The notes under the pieces: generated by a model
Databases searched by the model: none
Told to the model about the DNA's origin: nothing
What the model saw: only the letters and a program-made list of their open reading frames with translations
In this document: positions 58,733-64,000 of the stretch, piece by piece
How the letters are laid out: every line of letters begins with the position of its first letter
Position numbering within the stretch: position 1 is the stretch's first letter
Translations under genes and position numbers: made by a program
Assembly: GCA_965205015.1 (NCBI GenBank)
Contig: OZ242029.1
Location: 4,864,001-4,928,000 of the forward strand
Length of the DNA stretch: 64,000 nucleotides
Origin: Candidatus Poribacteria bacterium
Lineage (GTDB): Bacteria; Poribacteria; WGA-4E; WGA-3G
Direction: 5' to 3'

Positions 58733-61700
58733 TCACGCTTTCGGTAGTGTAGGCAATGTCAAACGCGGACGCTCACCGAAATCGGGGACTTCGGGGGGAT
58801 TCTCCTCCATCTGTCGGAGGAGTTCTTCTATTGCGCGATCCAGCTGCGGGTCGCCGTCTGTGGCATAATCCTGTGGACGATAATCCACTTCTATATCCGG
58901 ATCGGTGCCGTAGTTCTCAACACGCCAGCCAACATCAACGAACCAGAACGAATACTCCGGCTGCGTCGTGCCGCCTCTATCCACAAACGCCTGATGCGGT
59001 GAGATACCGATAACGCCGCCCCACGTCCGCTTGCCGATGAGCAACCCCAGCTCCATCAACTTGAAACAGTGCGAGAAAATATCGCCATCGGAACCCGCAT
59101 TCTCGTTCGTGACAGCCACCATGGGTCCCAAAACGGAAGCATCTGGATACGGATGCGGTGTCCCCCACCGTGGAACGTCATACCCAATGCGCCGACGGGA
59201 TAACTTCTCTAAGAGCAGTTGCGAGACGTGTCCACCTCCGTTGTAGCGCACATCGACCAACAACCCCGGATAACTCACCTCAGCGAGGAAACCGCGGTGA
59301 AACTCTGCGTATCCGCGCCGCCCCATGTCAGGAATATGCACATACCCGACCTTACCATCGGTTTTTTCATGGACATACCGCCGATTTTTGGAGACCCATT
59401 CTCGATATCGAAGTTCTCTTTCGCTCTCCAGCACCTTGAGCGTGACGACGCGTTCCTTATTATCATCCGCGCCTCGGAATGTCGCTTGAACCTCTTGATT
59501 TGCGAGACTCACAAGAAGTTCACCCGGTGAAACAGTTTCGCTGACCTGCTGTCCAGCGATCGCAAGTAAAATATCGCCTTCACGGATATTAATTCCAGGG
59601 GCATTGAGCGGTGAATCTTTTGTCGCCTCCCACCCATCGCCGTGTGGGACGTGTGTGAGACGATACCCATTATTCTCCGCATCGTAAGCAAAATCCGCCC
59701 CGAGAAACCCTTGTGCGTAATTCGGTGAACTCCGATAATCTCCACCCATTTCATACGCATGTGAGGTACCGAGTTCTCCCTGCATCTCCCACATCAAGTC
59801 CGAAAACTCACCGCGCGTCGCGATCCGTTCAAGGAGTGGCAGATACCGTTGATAGACATGCTCCCAATCCACACCAGACATATCCGCCGTCCAGAAGTAA
59901 TCCCGTTGCAGCCGCCACGCCTCCCGATACATCTGATGCCACTCAGCCGTAGGAACGACAGAGGCTTTGACACGCCCCAGGTCAATCCAACCGGTCTGTC
60001 GGCTCGGTCCCCCTCTGCTCCCGGATTTGGAATCGCTTTCAACCTTTTTACCCGCCTTGATAACGCGCAACCGATTTCCAGTAGAATATACAAGCGTTTT
60101 CGCATCACGCGAAAGCTGAAAATCACTAATACCGGAAACAAGCGTCTCCTTCTTCTGATCCTTGAAATCGTAGGCATGGAGTACACCCCTCGGTCTGCTA
60201 TCCTCATCGTCTGAGGGTGTATCCTGTACCGGAAACGCCGTAAACATCGCTTTGCCTTCAATACCGGCGATCTGCCCGTAATGTCCGTGCGGATACGGGA
60301 ATGCGACGACACGCTGTGTAATACCTTCCAGATCTATCGTGATCGGTTTCTCCGTCTTCTGCTCAGATTTTTCATCAAATGCCTTATCCTCGCCATTCTG
60401 TTCCTTCTCTCCTTCATCCTTATCTTCCTTCTCCTCCTCAAGCGGACGGGGTTCAGGAATGAACGGATTGCCCAAGGTCTTTTGCAAGGTCACCAACAAC
60501 GGACGCATCGCCGTAGGAAACCCAAGATCAAAGTGGAGTGCATCGTAGACGGGATTGAACTCGCGGTAAGAGAGAAAATAGAGATACTTCCCCTCCGGAT
60601 CCCACGCCGGACCGAAATCGTTGAATTCTGGATCTGTGACGAACCACGTCTTACCCGTCTCAATCTCACAGAGTTTTATGGAGCGGGTGGTTTCCGTAGA
60701 CGCAAAACTATAGGCACACCATTTACCATCAGGCGACCAGGCGACATCTCGGATATTCTGATAATGCCCTTTGTCAAGGACCCGCGTCTCTTGTGTCTCT
60801 AAATCGACGTGCAAAAGTTCAAGACGATTATTGATAAGAAGTAACCGATCTTTCTCGTCGCCTTCGGTTTGTGGAGCAACCGCAAGTTGCCGAACATGTC
60901 CAATGTCAAGCGTGTCAAGTCGAACAACCTCAGCATTACCATCACGTGTATGGATTTCCAGTGCCTCTTCACCCTCAGCATCGGAGAGCGTGACGAGTCG
61001 CTTACCATCGTTGAGCCACTCTGTAAAGCGATAGCGTGTTCCGTTGCGCGCACCGTGCTGGAGAACTGCGCCTTCCCAATTCGCCATTGTAAAAGGTTTC
61101 CCACGGACCGTCACTGCCAATGCGTGACCGTCTGGCGTCGGGGCATACTCCTGTAGATAGCGCGATGGACTGACGAACTTTCGCTGTCGCTGGGTACATG
61201 GGCTGCGGAATTCGACATCAACACGGGTTTCAGTACCGTTCTCGATTTCATAAACAAATAGGTCAGCACCGGCGTGGTAGACAATATGCGTGCCATCTGT
61301 CTGAGCGGAACGGCAGTAGTAGGTTTCCTGATGGGTGTGGCGTTGAATGTCTTCACCCGTAGGAAGGCAGGAATAGATATTGCCAACACCTTCATGGTCA
61401 GAGATAAAATAGATACGTTCACCGATCCACATGGGTGTCGTGAAGTTACTATCTACCGGTGCCAGCGGTTGAAATTGCCCATTTCCTTCCGGGTCCACCC
61501 AGATTTGTCCTGCAGTGCCGCCGCGGTAGCGTTTCCAGCGTGCGGGTTCACGGGTCAATCTACCGAGAACAACACCGCCATCACGGCTGAAATCAATATG
61601 GTTCGCAGGCCCGTAAGATAGACGTTGCGGTTCGCCTCCCTCCGCACAGATCTTCCATATCCATGGATCGAATGCCAACCCCGCATTACTGGAATAGAGG

Positions 61701-61996
61701 ATCGTCTTGCTATCGGCATCCCAATCGACAATCGTCGCGTTGCTCCCTTGATAGGTGAGCCGCTTCGCTTCGCCGCCGAGCGCAGGCATCACATAAACCT
61801 CTGACGGTCCCTCTTCACGTCCGGCGAATGCAAGCAGTTCACCATCCGGCGACAAACGTGGCGCACTCGCTGCGCCGAGATTCGACGTAAGCCGTCTCGC
61901 AAACCCGCCTCCGATCGGAACTGTCCATAAATCATCTTCACATACAAAAACAATGGTATCCTGACAAATTGTTGGAAATCTATAATATCCTGACAT
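58733..61996 (-). CDS. Tricorn protease (peptidase S41 with beta-propellers and PDZ)
   Basis: WKRYRGG, GELGTSH, GYVHIPDM, DVRYNGGG, AGSDGDIF, GKRTWGG, VENYGTDPDIEV. Confidence 0.96.
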   Translation of the reverse strand: MSGYYRFPTICQDTIVFVCEDDLWTVPIGGGFARRLTSNLGAASAPRLSPDGELLAFAGREEGPSEVYVMPALGGEAKRLTYQGSNATIVDWDADSKTILYSSNAGLAFDPWIWKICAEGGEPQRLSYGPANHIDFSRDGGVVLGRLTREPARWKRYRGGTAGQIWVDPEGNGQFQPLAPVDSNFTTPMWIGERIYFISDHEGVGNIYSCLPTGEDIQRHTHQETYYCRSAQTDGTHIVYHAGADLFVYEIENGTETRVDVEFRSPCTQRQRKFVSPSRYLQEYAPTPDGHALAVTVRGKPFTMANWEGAVLQHGARNGTRYRFTEWLNDGKRLVTLSDAEGEEALEIHTRDGNAEVVRLDTLDIGHVRQLAVAPQTEGDEKDRLLLINNRLELLHVDLETQETRVLDKGHYQNIRDVAWSPDGKWCAYSFASTETTRSIKLCEIETGKTWFVTDPEFNDFGPAWDPEGKYLYFLSYREFNPVYDALHFDLGFPTAMRPLLVTLQKTLGNPFIPEPRPLEEEKEDKDEGEKEQNGEDKAFDEKSEQKTEKPITIDLEGITQRVVAFPYPHGHYGQIAGIEGKAMFTAFPVQDTPSDDEDSRPRGVLHAYDFKDQKKETLVSGISDFQLSRDAKTLVYSTGNRLRVIKAGKKVESDSKSGSRGGPSRQTGWIDLGRVKASVVPTAEWHQMYREAWRLQRDYFWTADMSGVDWEHVYQRYLPLLERIATRGEFSDLMWEMQGELGTSHAYEMGGDYRSSPNYAQGFLGADFAYDAENNGYRLTHVPHGDGWEATKDSPLNAPGINIREGDILLAIAGQQVSETVSPGELLVSLANQEVQATFRGADDNKERVVTLKVLESERELRYREWVSKNRRYVHEKTDGKVGYVHIPDMGRRGYAEFHRGFLAEVSYPGLLVDVRYNGGGHVSQLLLEKLSRRRIGYDVPRWGTPHPYPDASVLGPMVAVTNENAGSDGDIFSHCFKLMELGLLIGKRTWGGVIGISPHQAFVDRGGTTQPEYSFWFVDVGWRVENYGTDPDIEVDYRPQDYATDGDPQLDRAIEELLRQMEENPPEVPDFGERPRLTLPTLPKA

Positions 61997-62063
61997 TTTT
62001 TAATTATTCCTTGCGGTGAAACGGCGTGCGTCCCACCTATCTCGTGTGTTCCTTAAACCTGAA

Positions 62064-62105
62064 GAAACACCCATGCAAAAACCCCTCCATTACATTACGG
62101 GCTAC
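62064..62105. repeat. REP-like element (GTAGCCCGTAATGTAATGGAGGGG on the minus strand)
   Basis: Matches the copy at ~41930-41975 and, more weakly, ~55095-55125. Confidence 0.65.
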
Positions 62106-62144
62106 CGGATTTGATACTATGAAGTGAATGAACTCGACTCAGCA

Positions 62145-62951
62145 CTAACCACTTCTTTTAAGTCTACCGACGCGTTTGGCGTATTTTTCACCCAAATGGA
62201 AAACCCAAAATCCAAGCGGAATGAGGAGAACACCAATAATGAGCAGCAAAAACAGATTGCCCAGTTGACTCTCAACGGATGCGTTCTCCAGCATCGCCGC
62301 ACGAATCGATTTGAGTGTATACGTCGCAGGCGAAATTTTAGAAATCGGTTGAAGCCACGTCGGTAACACCTCAATTTCATAGTAGATACCGGAGACTAAA
62401 AGCAGCATCGACTGAATAATACCCGTTGCGGCTTGTCCCTTCTCCGGTGAGAGCAACGGAAAGATCGCCGCCATCAGACCGATCCCGATGAAAGAAAGAC
62501 TGGAGATAAGAACAGTGACCACTAACGTTAACCAATTCGCATTGCCTAAGTCGATGTGTTCCCCAAAAAAGAACGGTATTATCGCCAAAACCAAAGCCGT
62601 CCGCAGCAACCCGTACAGAACCGCAAACAGACACGAACCGACAAGGTGTGTGATGCGATAAATCGGTGCCATAAAGGTATATTCAATCGTCCCTTCCCAT
62701 CGCTCCCATGTAATTGCATCGCTCACCTCGCGCATCATAACCGAAAGAAACCCCCAGATGAGGGCACCAATGACCAGATAAAGCACATCTTCACTACTGC
62801 CACGCCCGACCATAATCAAGCCGATTGTTAGCGCATTGACGATGGAATAACTGAAAAAGAGGATTTCCCAGCTCAGATACCGCTTCAGCAGATTGAAGTT
62901 CCGTTCAATGAACGCATAAGAGACAATCGTTTCCCGGACAAGATTCAGCAT
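62145..62951 (-). CDS. ABC-2 type transporter permease
   Basis: WERWEGTIEYTFMAP, SGIYY....LP.WLQ, TM helices. Confidence 0.9.
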   Translation of the reverse strand: MLNLVRETIVSYAFIERNFNLLKRYLSWEILFFSYSIVNALTIGLIMVGRGSSEDVLYLVIGALIWGFLSVMMREVSDAITWERWEGTIEYTFMAPIYRITHLVGSCLFAVLYGLLRTALVLAIIPFFFGEHIDLGNANWLTLVVTVLISSLSFIGIGLMAAIFPLLSPEKGQAATGIIQSMLLLVSGIYYEIEVLPTWLQPISKISPATYTLKSIRAAMLENASVESQLGNLFLLLIIGVLLIPLGFWVFHLGEKYAKRVGRLKRSG

Positions 62952-62955
62952 GATG

Positions 62956-63816
62956 CTACTCTTCCTCCTCAATCCCTTTACCCGTTAGCGCGATAAACGC
63001 GTCCTCCAATGTCGCTGGCACCCCGTTCTGCGATGGCGCATTCGCGATGAGTTCTTCTACCGTTCCTTCTGCGATAAACCGTCCTTTATCAATAATGGCG
63101 ATCTTGTCGCATAACCGCTCTGCCTCCGCCATATCGTGCGTCGTTAGCACAATAACAGCATTCCGTTCTTGACGGATCTCCTCAATAAAGGCTTGCACAT
63201 CACGCTTAGATTTCGGATCGAGGCCTGTCGTGGGTTCATCGAGCAGGAGTAGCATAGGAGTGGTGAGTAAGGCACGCGCGATAGCGACTTTCTGTTGCAT
63301 TCCGCGCGAGAGATGCTCCATCTCCTCGTTCATCCGATCTGCATCAAAACCGAGTCTTTCCAAAATCTGCTTCGATTTTCGCTCGGCTTCGGGAGCCGGG
63401 ATCCCGTAGAGACGGGCGGCATAAATCAGGTTCTCTTGTGAAGAGAGACGTTTAAAGAAGGAGGCTTCAACAGAAACACGGTTCATCACCCGTCTCACCT
63501 TCAGGCTATTTGTCACGACATCGTCCCCGAAGACATGAATACTCCCAGCATCGGGCAGGAGTAGCGTCGAAATGAGACGAATCAGCGTCGATTTTCCCGA
63601 ACCATTCGCGCCGAGAATACCGTAGATTTCCCCGATGTTCACCTCTAAGGAGATGTCATCAACGGCGCGGATGACTTCTTTCTCTCGTCTGAATATATGC
63701 TGGAACTTCTGATGAAAACGCAGCTTACCGTTCGTTCGCTTGGGCCAATGAAAATGTTTCGTTACCCCGCGAACCGTTAATCCATAGATAGGTTGTTCCA
63801 CTCTTTTTCCTTCCAC
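62956..63816 (-). CDS. ABC transporter ATP-binding protein
   Basis: GANGSGKST Walker A, LSRGMQQK signature, LLLDEPT Walker B, TTH. Confidence 0.95.
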   Translation of the reverse strand: MEGKRVEQPIYGLTVRGVTKHFHWPKRTNGKLRFHQKFQHIFRREKEVIRAVDDISLEVNIGEIYGILGANGSGKSTLIRLISTLLLPDAGSIHVFGDDVVTNSLKVRRVMNRVSVEASFFKRLSSQENLIYAARLYGIPAPEAERKSKQILERLGFDADRMNEEMEHLSRGMQQKVAIARALLTTPMLLLLDEPTTGLDPKSKRDVQAFIEEIRQERNAVIVLTTHDMAEAERLCDKIAIIDKGRFIAEGTVEELIANAPSQNGVPATLEDAFIALTGKGIEEEE

Positions 63817-63960
63817 AAAACTGAATGTCGTCTAAAACTATTGACATCCTGTGCACTCTTTTATATATTTATAACCCAAGTTGTCACTAACAAATCCTAG
63901 ATGAAAAATATAAGCCTTGTTTGATAGAGAGTAGAAAAACAAATATAATGGGAGCACACA

Positions 63961-64000
63961 ATGAATTCAGAAACCAAAATTTCGTTAATCCAAAGGGCAG
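63961..64000 (+). CDS. Start of a gene running off the window (MNSETKISLIQRA...)
   Basis: GGGAG RBS; upstream TTGACA-N17-TATATT at 63841-63869. Confidence 0.45.
   Translation, partial: MNSETKISLIQRA

Overview
Bacterial chromosomal window, most consistent with Candidatus Poribacteria, a sponge-symbiont lineage. This is inferred from its signature secreted proteins (LRR/WD40 + dockerin/cohesin + 'NYPNPFNPETWIPY...RKMLILK' tail), an ECF-sigma fusion, a PhyH dioxygenase and a DUF6785-like membrane protein. Layout: 1-13.2 kb is a minus-strand cluster of an ECF-sigma/TM/LRR fusion and secreted cytochrome-c/LRR and LRR/hydrolase-like proteins. 13.5-14.6 kb holds decayed PIN toxin-antitoxin remnants and a 529-bp ORF-less IS200/IS605-like element with its own promoter and a densely base-paired ~410-nt RNA. 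14.6-27.7 kb holds tRNA-Arg(CCG), gluconolactonase, dut, two tandem 14-repeat WD40 proteins, thyA, folA and nagA. 27.7-47.9 kb is the str-S10-spc-alpha ribosomal protein supercluster, with repeat-filled spacers, no rpmD/adk/map/infA, and an S12 substituted at the streptomycin pocket. 48-64 kb holds a FadL-like OMP, a multiheme cytochrome, transporters, ackA, TA genes, tricorn protease and ABC genes. The top candidate for something new is the ORF-less IS200/IS605-type ncRNA element at 14109-14637. All calls come from reading the sequence by eye; no database searches or folding programs were run.
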